Shown here in pieces: positions 34,989-44,049 of a stretch of 54,550 nt of DNA; the first letter of the stretch is position 1, and each line of letters begins with the position of its first letter. The translations under genes and the position numbers were made by a program. Source of the DNA: an uncultured virus (IMG/VR IMGVR_UViG_3300031951_000043) (taxonomy: Duplodnaviria; Heunggongvirae; Uroviricota; Caudoviricetes); the IMG/VR virus record IMGVR_UViG_3300031951_000043; one strand, written 5' to 3'. Below the pieces are notes generated by a model. That model saw nothing but the letters and a program-made list of their open reading frames with translations, made no database searches and had not been told where the DNA came from.

Positions 34989-37721
34989 ATGGAAAAAAAA
35001 CTAAATATTTTAGCACACGCCTCTTTTATTGGTAAAACCGGTTATGCTAATCATGCTAAATCATTTTTTTGCGCGTTAAATAAGTATGCTAATGTTAAAG
35101 TTAGAAATCTGACAGTAGGTGATAGTTGGTGTGGATTATCGGAAAAACCTCATGATAAAGAAGAGTATTTTACCGATGAAATGCGTAATATGCTTATACT
35201 GCAAACATTATACGAACAAGATAATACAAGAAAAGATTATCCAATATACGGTTACGATGGGTCTTTCATTCCTGATATTCATATCGTTTTAAATGATGTT
35301 AATAACCCATATTTTTATGATAACTATGATGGATATCGCATAGCTTATAATGTTTGGGAATCAACGGAATACCCAAAAGATTTTTTTGAAAGATTATTTT
35401 ATTTTCATGAGGTTTGGGTACCATCTAAATGGCAAAAAGATAATTTAATTAAACAAGGTTACCCAAAGGAAAGAATTTCGGTTGTTCCAGAAGGTGTTGA
35501 CCCTGAAGTTTTTAAACCAACAAATGAAATTGATTTATCAGAAAAGTTTACATTTTTACTTTTTGGTAGGTGGGAATATAGAAAATCAACAAGTGAAATA
35601 ATTAGAGCGTTTAATGAAGAATTTAAAAATGAGGATGTTAACTTAGTTGTTTGTGCAAATAATCCATTTGCTAATGATGGGTTTAAAACAACTGAAGAAA
35701 GAATAATTGCAAATGGTTTGGAAAATAAAAATCTTAAAATAGTTAATTTTCCAACTAGAGAAGAATATATTAATTATTTAAAAAATGGTCATGTTTTTAT
35801 TTCATGTGCTAGAAGTGAGGGGTGGAATCTACCTTTAATAGAAGCAATGGCTTGTGGTACGCCATCAATTTATTCAAACTGGGGAGCACAACTTGAATTT
35901 GCTGATGGATTAGGAATTCCTGTTAAAGTTACTGATTTTGTTTCAGCTAAAAACCAAGATAATTCATTTGTTGGCGATTATATAGAACCAGATTTTAACG
36001 ATTTGAAATTAAAAATGAGAATGGTCTATAATGATTATAAATCATTTAAAGAAAATGCTTTATTAGAATCTGAAACAATTCACAGAAATTTTAATTGGGA
36101 TTTGGTGGCTAAAAATGCTAATAATATTTTACAAAAAAAGGTAAATGACTTTGTTTTTGTTACTACCGGTAACGAAAATTATATGCCTCTTATTGAATGT
36201 TTAGTTAAGTCTTTAAATGAGTTTTCAAAATTTAAAATTATTGTTTATGGGATAAATTGTGATGTACCATTTGATTATCCAAATTTAATAAAAAGAAGAT
36301 TAAATATTGAAGAATACTCAGAACATGATAGGTGGTTTTGGAAGCAATACGCATGTATTGAGTCAATTAACGAATCATTTGAAAATTTTGTTTGGGTTGA
36401 TGGGGACGTTGTTGCAAATTTTAATATTGATAATATAATCAATTATTTCCCTTATGTTGGGAATTATCCGCTATCTGACATACACAGACAAAAAGAATTC
36501 TATGGATTTTTTTATGAAAATGGTGTTAAATATGAGCAACTATTTAATGAAAATCTTAGTAAATACTTAAATGTTACACCACATTTACCATTTATGCACG
36601 TTTGTCTTTTCATTTACAATAAAACCTGCAAATGGTTTTTTGATGAGATTATAAACCTCTATAAATCAACAGATTTAAATAAATATAGGCATTTATTCTT
36701 ATGGAATGATGAAGGTGCTGATAATGCAATTAGATCGAAGTTTAATTTAAAAAACCATTTACCGTTATCTAATTTTGATGTTTCATCATATGATGGCGAA
36801 TCATATGAGTTTATTAATAACCAACTATCTGATTTTTATACATTTTGGGAGAAAGATGGTCCATATAATTTTAATAAAATTTATGGACTTCAATATATTC
36901 CTGAAAATAAAAAAGATATTATCTACTTCCACGGTAACAAAAATGTTGACGCAGCAAATAAAATGATTGATTTTATTAAAATAAAAAGAGACAATTCTTT
37001 TTACGAATCAAATAATTTTTATACTTCAAAAAATGTAATAACAGATTTTAGTGATATAAAAAATATTGAGGGCGGAACTATTTGGGTTGCTGAAAATTAC
37101 GGTTGGTCACACGCAATATATCATGAAATTTATAACTTACAGGATTACTATTTAAGTAGAAAAAAACAAATAAATGATGGGGATATTGTTGTTGATTTAG
37201 GAGGTAATATTGGTATCTTCAATAGATGGGCTTATTCACAAGGAGCGTCTAAAGTTATCTCATTTGAACCAGATAGAAGATATTTTGAATTATTGAAGAA
37301 AAACACAAGTCCTAATTCAATTCTTTTTAATGCGGCGATGTCTGATAGGATTGGGGAGTTGAGTCTATTTGAGAGCGACCATTTGGGTGGTTCAAATATA
37401 TTTGGTGTGCCTAGTAACACAAAAAATTACAAGGTCCGGACTTATACATTAGATTTTTTATTTGATACAGATTTAATTACTCACATTGACTTTTTAAAGG
37501 TTGACGTTGAGGGTGCAGAACATCTAATTTTTAAAGGAATTAGCGATAACAATTTATCTAAAGTTAAAACTATTTCAATGGAATATCATCACTCACATTT
37601 TAATTTTGATGAAAAATTACGTGATGATTTTATTAATAGATTTGTTAGTCTTGGCTTCAATTCTTATCTTTTATTTATGGGGACAAATAATGCATTACAA
37701 ATGATATATTTTTATAGATAA
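34989..37721 (+). CDS. trifunctional protein: GT4 + GT-A glycosyltransferase + FkbM methyltransferase
   Basis: RSEGWNLPLIEAMACG; WVDGD...WNDE...FHG; VVDLGGNIG...FLKVDVEGAE. Confidence 0.85.
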   Translation: MEKKLNILAHASFIGKTGYANHAKSFFCALNKYANVKVRNLTVGDSWCGLSEKPHDKEEYFTDEMRNMLILQTLYEQDNTRKDYPIYGYDGSFIPDIHIVLNDVNNPYFYDNYDGYRIAYNVWESTEYPKDFFERLFYFHEVWVPSKWQKDNLIKQGYPKERISVVPEGVDPEVFKPTNEIDLSEKFTFLLFGRWEYRKSTSEIIRAFNEEFKNEDVNLVVCANNPFANDGFKTTEERIIANGLENKNLKIVNFPTREEYINYLKNGHVFISCARSEGWNLPLIEAMACGTPSIYSNWGAQLEFADGLGIPVKVTDFVSAKNQDNSFVGDYIEPDFNDLKLKMRMVYNDYKSFKENALLESETIHRNFNWDLVAKNANNILQKKVNDFVFVTTGNENYMPLIECLVKSLNEFSKFKIIVYGINCDVPFDYPNLIKRRLNIEEYSEHDRWFWKQYACIESINESFENFVWVDGDVVANFNIDNIINYFPYVGNYPLSDIHRQKEFYGFFYENGVKYEQLFNENLSKYLNVTPHLPFMHVCLFIYNKTCKWFFDEIINLYKSTDLNKYRHLFLWNDEGADNAIRSKFNLKNHLPLSNFDVSSYDGESYEFINNQLSDFYTFWEKDGPYNFNKIYGLQYIPENKKDIIYFHGNKNVDAANKMIDFIKIKRDNSFYESNNFYTSKNVITDFSDIKNIEGGTIWVAENYGWSHAIYHEIYNLQDYYLSRKKQINDGDIVVDLGGNIGIFNRWAYSQGASKVISFEPDRRYFELLKKNTSPNSILFNAAMSDRIGELSLFESDHLGGSNIFGVPSNTKNYKVRTYTLDFLFDTDLITHIDFLKVDVEGAEHLIFKGISDNNLSKVKTISMEYHHSHFNFDEKLRDDFINRFVSLGFNSYLLFMGTNNALQMIYFYR

Positions 37722-40456
37722 TGGCGCACGTAGAACAAAGAAATTTTTGCATTAAAGTAAAAGAAAAGTTTCCTGATTTTTTTAAAAATAAAAAAGTCTT
37801 GGATATTGGTTCATTAGACATAAATGGTAGTAATCGAGATTTATTTGAGGATTGTGATTATATAGGATTAGACGTTGGTGAAGGTAGGAATGTCGATGTG
37901 GTATCTGTTGGTCATTTATATGATGCTCCAGATAGTTTTTTCGATACGATTATTTCTACTGAAGTCTTTGAACACGATATGTTCTATGAGGAAACCGTTA
38001 AAAACATAATGAGAATGTTAAAACCCGGTGGCTTATTTGTATTTACCTGTGCCGCACCGGGAAGACCGGAGCATGGAACTAGACGATGTGGTGAAGAGTG
38101 CGCTCCATTATTGATACAAATTTCAGAAGAATGGGCTGACTATTATAAAAATTTAGATAGCCATGATTTTAAAATTATACCAAGTTTTAATGAAACATTT
38201 CCCGATGGTTATTTTGAATTAAATAATTTATATCTAGAAATACCATCTGATTTGTATTTTTATGGTATAAAAGGTGGTGAGAAATATTACATAAATAATA
38301 TTGTTACAGAATACAATAAACCAGAATTTAATGAACATATTTTTGTTATTGATTCTTGGCCTGACGATGAAAAAAAAGAAAATGATTTAGTTAATTTAAT
38401 TAAAAAATTAAAATCATTTAATATTCAAATTTTACTAGCCGGACATTATCCGATTAAAGAAGAAATACAAAAAATGGTGGATTATTATATTTTTGATAAA
38501 AATAATCCATTATTACTTTCTAGTGAATTTAATTCGTTTGATGTTGGTAGTGGAAGATGGGCAGAAACTTCAGAATATAGAATAGATATGTCAATGGTCT
38601 TTCATCATGATTATGCAATATGGGAAACAATGAGAACGGCATTTAATTTTTGTAAATTTTTAAATAAAAAATACATTCATTTCTTAGAATATGATAATAA
38701 TCCAAATGTTTTCCAATATAAACAATGTTTTATTGAACAAATAATTAATCATGATGCAATCATATACGAATATAGTTTAGATTCAGCAAAAAATTTAAAT
38801 CCATATTGTGCCACTTTTATTTTTTCAATAAAAACAGATATCGCATTAAAATTAATTTCACAAATAAATTCAAAAACGGAATATTTTACTAACAAACCTA
38901 AAGGTTGGCAGTTAGAGCGAGTTTTTTTAGAAAAATTAACTAATGTTACAAATAACATAAAACTTTCAGAATATATTGCAAATGAAAATGAATTAAATAC
39001 TCAAGCAGTTTGGAATAGAGATGGTATAGTTAAAAATGGTGCAATATTTCAATCCTACTTAGCTGTTGATTATAAAAATCATTTATATTTAGAACTAATA
39101 TCTGGTTTTGATAGTAAAAAAGCTGATAAAGATTATATTATAGAGATTGAGTATCTTTCAACAAGAAAGTTTATAACATTAAAAAAAGATAACATGATGA
39201 TTGTTCCGTTAGGGGAATATCACGTTGGAGGTTATGTTAAATTATATTATGAGGGGGTTTTAATTTTTAATGAATTTCTATATAAATCAGCAAAAAAATT
39301 TAGAGAAGTGAGTTCAATTATTTTAAAAAATGAGTCACTACCTGAACCCAAAATTAATATTAATTTTATTGATGGGGCGTTTGTTGAAATATTAGATGAT
39401 ATTGATTCTAAATATGATGTTGAATTTATAGATAAGCAAACAAATCGTGTAATTTTTGGAACAACAATAAAAAATAATTGTTGGGCTAAATGTAATAAAA
39501 AATATTTTATTGATTGGAAAATCAAAATTAAATCACAATACGGTAAAGAATATACATATGACTTAGATTTAAAAAATCAAAATGTTTTGATTTCATTTGA
39601 GTCTAAATCCTTAGGGGATACTTTAGCGTGGATGTCATATGTTGAGGCTTTCGGTATCAAACACGGATGTAATGTTATCTGCTCAACATTCCACAATGAT
39701 TTATTTGTAAACCAATATAAAAATATTAAATTCGTTAAACCGGGAAATACAGCTAGTAATATAATTGCTCTTTATAGATTAGGTGTTTTTTATAATGGAA
39801 ATAATTTTAATGAGGAATATCATTTAATGGACCCAAAAAAGGAACCACTATTAAAAATAGCTTCCGACATATTGGGATTAGAATATAAAGAATTAAAACC
39901 AAGTCTTCCCGTTTTATCAATAAAAAAAGAAAAACGAGTTTGTATAGCAACACATTCAACCGCACAATGCAAGTATTGGAATAACCCAACTGGTTGGCAA
40001 GAAGTTGTTGATTTCTTGATAGAAAATGGATATGAAGTTAGATTGTTGTCAATTGAAGAAGATGGATATATGGGTAATAAAAATCCTATCGGTGTTACAC
40101 AACAACCAAAAGGTGAAATAACAGATGTCCTTAAAACATTACAGGAATCGGAATTTTTTATTGGTATTAGTAGCGGACTAAGCTGGTTAGCTTGGGCATC
40201 TGGAATTAAAACAATACTAATATCCGGTTTTACTGATAAATATTTAGAACCATTAAATGATATTTATCGGGTAATAAATAAAGAAGTATGTCATGGGTGT
40301 TGGCACACACATAAATTTGACGCTGGCGACTGGAATTGGTGTCCAATACACAAAGGAACATCTAGAGAATTTGAATGCTCTAAATCAATAACCGCAGACC
40401 AAGTTATTAATTTAATTAAAAATGAAAATTTATGTTCAAATTGCGTCATATCGTGA
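37721..40456 (+). CDS. SAM methyltransferase + putative GT-A domain + TibC/Aah-like protein O-heptosyltransferase
   Basis: VLDIGSLDINGS; HFLEYD; SLGDTLAW...HSTAQCKYWNNPTGW...FIGISSGLSWLAW...CHGCW...WCP.HKGT..FECSKSIT (four-Cys iron finger). Confidence 0.85.
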   Translation: MAHVEQRNFCIKVKEKFPDFFKNKKVLDIGSLDINGSNRDLFEDCDYIGLDVGEGRNVDVVSVGHLYDAPDSFFDTIISTEVFEHDMFYEETVKNIMRMLKPGGLFVFTCAAPGRPEHGTRRCGEECAPLLIQISEEWADYYKNLDSHDFKIIPSFNETFPDGYFELNNLYLEIPSDLYFYGIKGGEKYYINNIVTEYNKPEFNEHIFVIDSWPDDEKKENDLVNLIKKLKSFNIQILLAGHYPIKEEIQKMVDYYIFDKNNPLLLSSEFNSFDVGSGRWAETSEYRIDMSMVFHHDYAIWETMRTAFNFCKFLNKKYIHFLEYDNNPNVFQYKQCFIEQIINHDAIIYEYSLDSAKNLNPYCATFIFSIKTDIALKLISQINSKTEYFTNKPKGWQLERVFLEKLTNVTNNIKLSEYIANENELNTQAVWNRDGIVKNGAIFQSYLAVDYKNHLYLELISGFDSKKADKDYIIEIEYLSTRKFITLKKDNMMIVPLGEYHVGGYVKLYYEGVLIFNEFLYKSAKKFREVSSIILKNESLPEPKININFIDGAFVEILDDIDSKYDVEFIDKQTNRVIFGTTIKNNCWAKCNKKYFIDWKIKIKSQYGKEYTYDLDLKNQNVLISFESKSLGDTLAWMSYVEAFGIKHGCNVICSTFHNDLFVNQYKNIKFVKPGNTASNIIALYRLGVFYNGNNFNEEYHLMDPKKEPLLKIASDILGLEYKELKPSLPVLSIKKEKRVCIATHSTAQCKYWNNPTGWQEVVDFLIENGYEVRLLSIEEDGYMGNKNPIGVTQQPKGEITDVLKTLQESEFFIGISSGLSWLAWASGIKTILISGFTDKYLEPLNDIYRVINKEVCHGCWHTHKFDAGDWNWCPIHKGTSREFECSKSITADQVINLIKNENLCSNCVIS

Positions 40457-41669
40457 CCCGCAATTAATTCCGACAATTAAAAATTTATTAGAAAATTCAA
40501 AAAATCCAGAAAATTTAAGGATTGGTATTGCTAGACAATATCATCCAGAAGATAAATTTGATGATTTGTCTGAGTATGATAACGATGAACGATTTAGAAT
40601 TTTAAATATTCCATATGAAGAATCTTTAGGTGTTTGTTGGGCTAGACATTTGATTCAACAACTTTATGATAATGAGGAATATACCCTTCAGATAGATTCT
40701 CACATGAGATTTGAAAAAGATTGGGATGAAACATTAATTAATATGCTTGAAGGATTAAAAAAAGATGGTTATAGAAAGCCACTATTAACAGCATATGTAC
40801 CATCATTTAATCCTGAAAATGACCCTAATGATAGAGTCAAGGTTCCTTGGCGGATGGTTTTTGATAAGTTTACACCAGAAGGTGTTGTATTTTTTCTTCC
40901 TGAGGTTATCCAAAATTGGAAACAATTAGATAAACCAATTCCTGCTAGATTTTACTCTGCACATTTTTGTTTTACAATTGGACAATTTGCGTTAGAGGCG
41001 CAACATGACCCCGAATATTATTTTCATGGTGAAGAGATTTCTATCGCAGCAAGAGCATATACACATGGATATGATTTATTTCATCCGCATAAGGTCATTC
41101 TTTGGCATGAATATACTAGAAAGGGTAGAACAAAGCATTGGGACGATATACAAAATTGGTCAGCTTTAAACAAAGAATCACACAGAAGAAATAGAGTATT
41201 ATTTGGTATGGATAATGAAATTCAAAACATTGATTTTGGTAGATTTGGTTTTGGTAAATTAAGAACTTTAAGAGATTATGAAAAATATGTTGGTTTATTA
41301 TTTGAAAAACGTGCTATACAGCAATACACGTTAGATAAAAAATATGCACCAAATCCATATACATTTAATGATGAAAATGAGTGGAAAAATAGTTTTGCAT
41401 CAAAGTTTAAATATGATATAAAAGTTCCAAAAATTAATTTACAAGAAAAAGATTATGAGTTTTTTGCTATTGCTTTTCACGACAAAAAAGATGAAACGTT
41501 ATACAGAAAAGATGCAGACAAGATTGAAATTTTTAATTCTTTTAAGACAGTTGATGACTTTATAACAATTAGGAGAGAATTTAATAATGAACAAATTCCG
41601 GCGTATTGGGTTGTTTGGCCTTATAGTAAAACAAAAGGATGGTGCGATAGATTGGTAGGTGAAATTTAA
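40422..41669 (+). CDS. GT60-like (Skp1 GlcNAc-transferase-like) polypeptide glycosyltransferase
   Basis: IYVQIASYRD, GVCWAR, LQIDSHMRF..WD, FHGEE...R.YTHGYD. Confidence 0.8.
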   Translation: MKIYVQIASYRDPQLIPTIKNLLENSKNPENLRIGIARQYHPEDKFDDLSEYDNDERFRILNIPYEESLGVCWARHLIQQLYDNEEYTLQIDSHMRFEKDWDETLINMLEGLKKDGYRKPLLTAYVPSFNPENDPNDRVKVPWRMVFDKFTPEGVVFFLPEVIQNWKQLDKPIPARFYSAHFCFTIGQFALEAQHDPEYYFHGEEISIAARAYTHGYDLFHPHKVILWHEYTRKGRTKHWDDIQNWSALNKESHRRNRVLFGMDNEIQNIDFGRFGFGKLRTLRDYEKYVGLLFEKRAIQQYTLDKKYAPNPYTFNDENEWKNSFASKFKYDIKVPKINLQEKDYEFFAIAFHDKKDETLYRKDADKIEIFNSFKTVDDFITIRREFNNEQIPAYWVVWPYSKTKGWCDRLVGEI

Positions 41670-41701
41670 TTATTTGATATATTTATTATTAAAAATAATA
41701 A

Positions 41702-42067
41702 ATGGAATTCTTTATTAAAAAAAACGCAACACTTCCTGTTTTAAAAATGCAAGTTTTAAATAATGGTAGGCATGAATATAAAACATTTATGAATTTACTT
41801 GAAACTGCGACAATTTCATTTACAATGATTAATGAAGCTACTGGAATACCAAAAATAGCAAATGCTCCAGCATATATAACAGATAAAATTTTTGAAAATC
41901 CTAATGCTGATAGGGAATATTATGTTTATTATCTTTTTTCACAGAAAGACACTAATAAGGTAGGACGTTATCAGGGTCAATTTGTACTAGCCTTGAATAA
42001 CGGGACATTAATTTGTCCAATCAGAGAGGATTTATACATAAATATAACGGATAGTACAATTTCATAA
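41702..42067 (+). CDS. Ig-like (BppU-like) baseplate/fibre adaptor protein
   Basis: FFIKKNATLP.L ... Y.F...DT..GRY.GQF; paralog of the next gene. Confidence 0.6.
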   Translation: MEFFIKKNATLPVLKMQVLNNGRHEYKTFMNLLETATISFTMINEATGIPKIANAPAYITDKIFENPNADREYYVYYLFSQKDTNKVGRYQGQFVLALNNGTLICPIREDLYINITDSTIS

Positions 42068-42069
42068 AA

Positions 42070-42570
42070 ATGAATTTTTTTATAAAAAAAAATGCAACAC
42101 TACCATTTTTGGTATTAAAAATAATTAAAGGTGAGGTAGATGATTTCTATGAATATTTTGATTCATTATCTTCAACCACAATTAATTTCTCAATGAGAGA
42201 TACTGAAACAAAAAAATTAAAAATAGTTAATGATTCATGTAACATAGAAAAAAATGAAAATGAAGAAAGAGATGAATATTTAATTTATTATCAATTTAAA
42301 AATCACCATACCAAATTAATAGGTCGCTACGAAGCGGAATTTAATATTCAAGAAAATCAAAAAAAAATAGGTTTACCATTAAAAAATAAACTCTATATTA
42401 ATGTTGTTGATAGTTTTGCGGCAAATAATCTTTCATATAGTTCTACTACAGCAACAATAGTAAGTAATAATTGTTGTGTAACATCTATAACACAAGAAAC
42501 TTTCTTCTTATTAACAGAAGATAATATAATACTTGCAACTGAAGATGGTGAAAATATTCTATGGATATAA
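42070..42570 (+). CDS. Ig-like (BppU-like) adaptor paralog with C-terminal LLTED..LATED motif
   Basis: Same N-terminus as 41702. Confidence 0.6.
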   Translation: MNFFIKKNATLPFLVLKIIKGEVDDFYEYFDSLSSTTINFSMRDTETKKLKIVNDSCNIEKNENEERDEYLIYYQFKNHHTKLIGRYEAEFNIQENQKKIGLPLKNKLYINVVDSFAANNLSYSSTTATIVSNNCCVTSITQETFFLLTEDNIILATEDGENILWI

Positions 42571-42591
42571 TATTTATATTTAAAAAAGATT

Positions 42592-43860
42592 ATGGCTAAT
42601 AAAAAAATTAGTAACTTACCTGAGTATAACACACCACAACCAAATGATGTGTTACCAATTGTTAATGTTGCTAATAGCGTAACACAAAAAGTACTATTTT
42701 CAGCAATTAGTCAAACAATAACATCAGGATTAGTTGATGTTTTTGTGACTGGTGGTACTTATTCAGCTGGAACAGCAACATTTATAAATAATACTGGCGG
42801 AACGTTTAGTGTTAGTGGCTTTACCGATAGTCAAGCAGGTTCCTCAGGAACATCAGGGACAAGTGGCTCATCTGGCTCTAGCGGAACATCAGGGATAAGC
42901 GGCTCTTCAGGAAGTTCTGGAACATCTGGTACAAGTGGTTCATCAGGAAGTTCTGGTACAAGTGGTTCATCTGGTAGTTCAGGAACATCTGGAACAAGTG
43001 GTTCATCAGGAAGTTCTGGTACAAGTGGTTCGTCAGGTTCTTCAGGAACAAGTGGTTCATCTGGTAGTTCAGGAACATCTGGAACAAGTGGTTCATCAGG
43101 AAGTTCTGGTACAAGTGGTTCGTCAGGAAGTTCTGGTACAAGTGGTTCGTCAGGTTCTTCAGGAACAAGTGGTTCATCAGGAAGTTCTGGTTCTTCAGGT
43201 ACAAGTGGAATAAATGGTTCTTCTGGAACATCAGGAACAAGTGGTTCATCTGGTAGTTCAGGAACATCTGGAACAAGTGGTTCATCAGGAAGTTCTGGTA
43301 CAAGTGGTTCATCAGGAAATTCTGGTTCTTCAGGAACAAGTGGTTCATCTGGTAGTTCAGGAACATCAGGAACAAGTGGTTCATCAGGAAGTTCTGGCAC
43401 AAGTGGTTCGTCAGGTTCTTCAGGAACAAGTGGTTCATCTGGTAGTTCAGGAACATCTGGAACAAGTGGTTCATCAGGAAGTTCTGGTACAAGTGGTTCG
43501 TCAGGTTCTTCTGGTACAAGTGGTTCATCAGGAAGTTCTGGTTCTTCAGGTACAAGTGGAATAAATGGTTCTTCTGGAACATCTGGTACAAGTGGTTCTT
43601 CAGGAAGTTCTGGTACAAGTGGTTCATCAGGTTCTAGCGGAACATCTGGCACAAGTGGTTCTTCAGGAAGTTCAAGTGTTACTAATTTTCCGGTAACTTT
43701 TAATAATTCTGGAAGTGGAAATGCATCTGGGGTTAATTTTGATGGTTCTGTTGCACGAACTGTTAGTTTTAATACAATAGGTGCAAATAAAGTAATAACC
43801 TCTGGTACCGCTGCTCCGACCGGAGGTAATGATGGAGACATCTATTTACAATTTACATAA
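42592..43860 (+). CDS. collagen-like (Gly-X-Y, X/Y = Ser/Thr) tail fibre protein
   Basis: N-terminal KKISNLP fibre-type motif, 93 Gly-X-Y triplets, C-terminal APTGGNDGDIY. Confidence 0.85.
   Translation: MANKKISNLPEYNTPQPNDVLPIVNVANSVTQKVLFSAISQTITSGLVDVFVTGGTYSAGTATFINNTGGTFSVSGFTDSQAGSSGTSGTSGSSGSSGTSGISGSSGSSGTSGTSGSSGSSGTSGSSGSSGTSGTSGSSGSSGTSGSSGSSGTSGSSGSSGTSGTSGSSGSSGTSGSSGSSGTSGSSGSSGTSGSSGSSGSSGTSGINGSSGTSGTSGSSGSSGTSGTSGSSGSSGTSGSSGNSGSSGTSGSSGSSGTSGTSGSSGSSGTSGSSGSSGTSGSSGSSGTSGTSGSSGSSGTSGSSGSSGTSGSSGSSGSSGTSGINGSSGTSGTSGSSGSSGTSGSSGSSGTSGTSGSSGSSSVTNFPVTFNNSGSGNASGVNFDGSVARTVSFNTIGANKVITSGTAAPTGGNDGDIYLQFT
42838..43674 (+). repeat. 9-bp-period coding repeat (GSS/GTS triplets) with higher-order duplications
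   Basis: 837 nt = 93 triplets; the GIN triplet recurs 351 nt apart (43207, 43558). Confidence 0.95.
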
Positions 43861-43869
43861 TCGCTCAAT

Positions 43870-44049
43870 ATGATTAAAATAGAAAAAAATACAGAAGTAG
43901 AATCAAACATAAACTACATAACTTGTGAAAGTGGGGAATTTAACGATACCGATTTAGTTAAGTGTAGACTTAAAACCAAACTTTCAGAAAACACCGTTAT
44001 GTTTCTAGTATCACAAATAAAAAACACAACCAATGAAAGTAGCATTTGA
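43870..44049 (+). CDS. small hypothetical protein (59 aa), absent from the ORF track
   Basis: ATG 43870 MIKIEKNTEV...NESSI TGA fills the gap and overlaps the next start. Confidence 0.55.
   Translation: MIKIEKNTEVESNINYITCESGEFNDTDLVKCRLKTKLSENTVMFLVSQIKNTTNESSI

Noticed and set aside
42831..43841. Long antisense and alternate-frame ORFs (PEEP.., MNHL.., QVVH..) over the collagen repeat
   Set aside because: Shadow ORFs produced by a low-complexity repeat that lacks stop codons.
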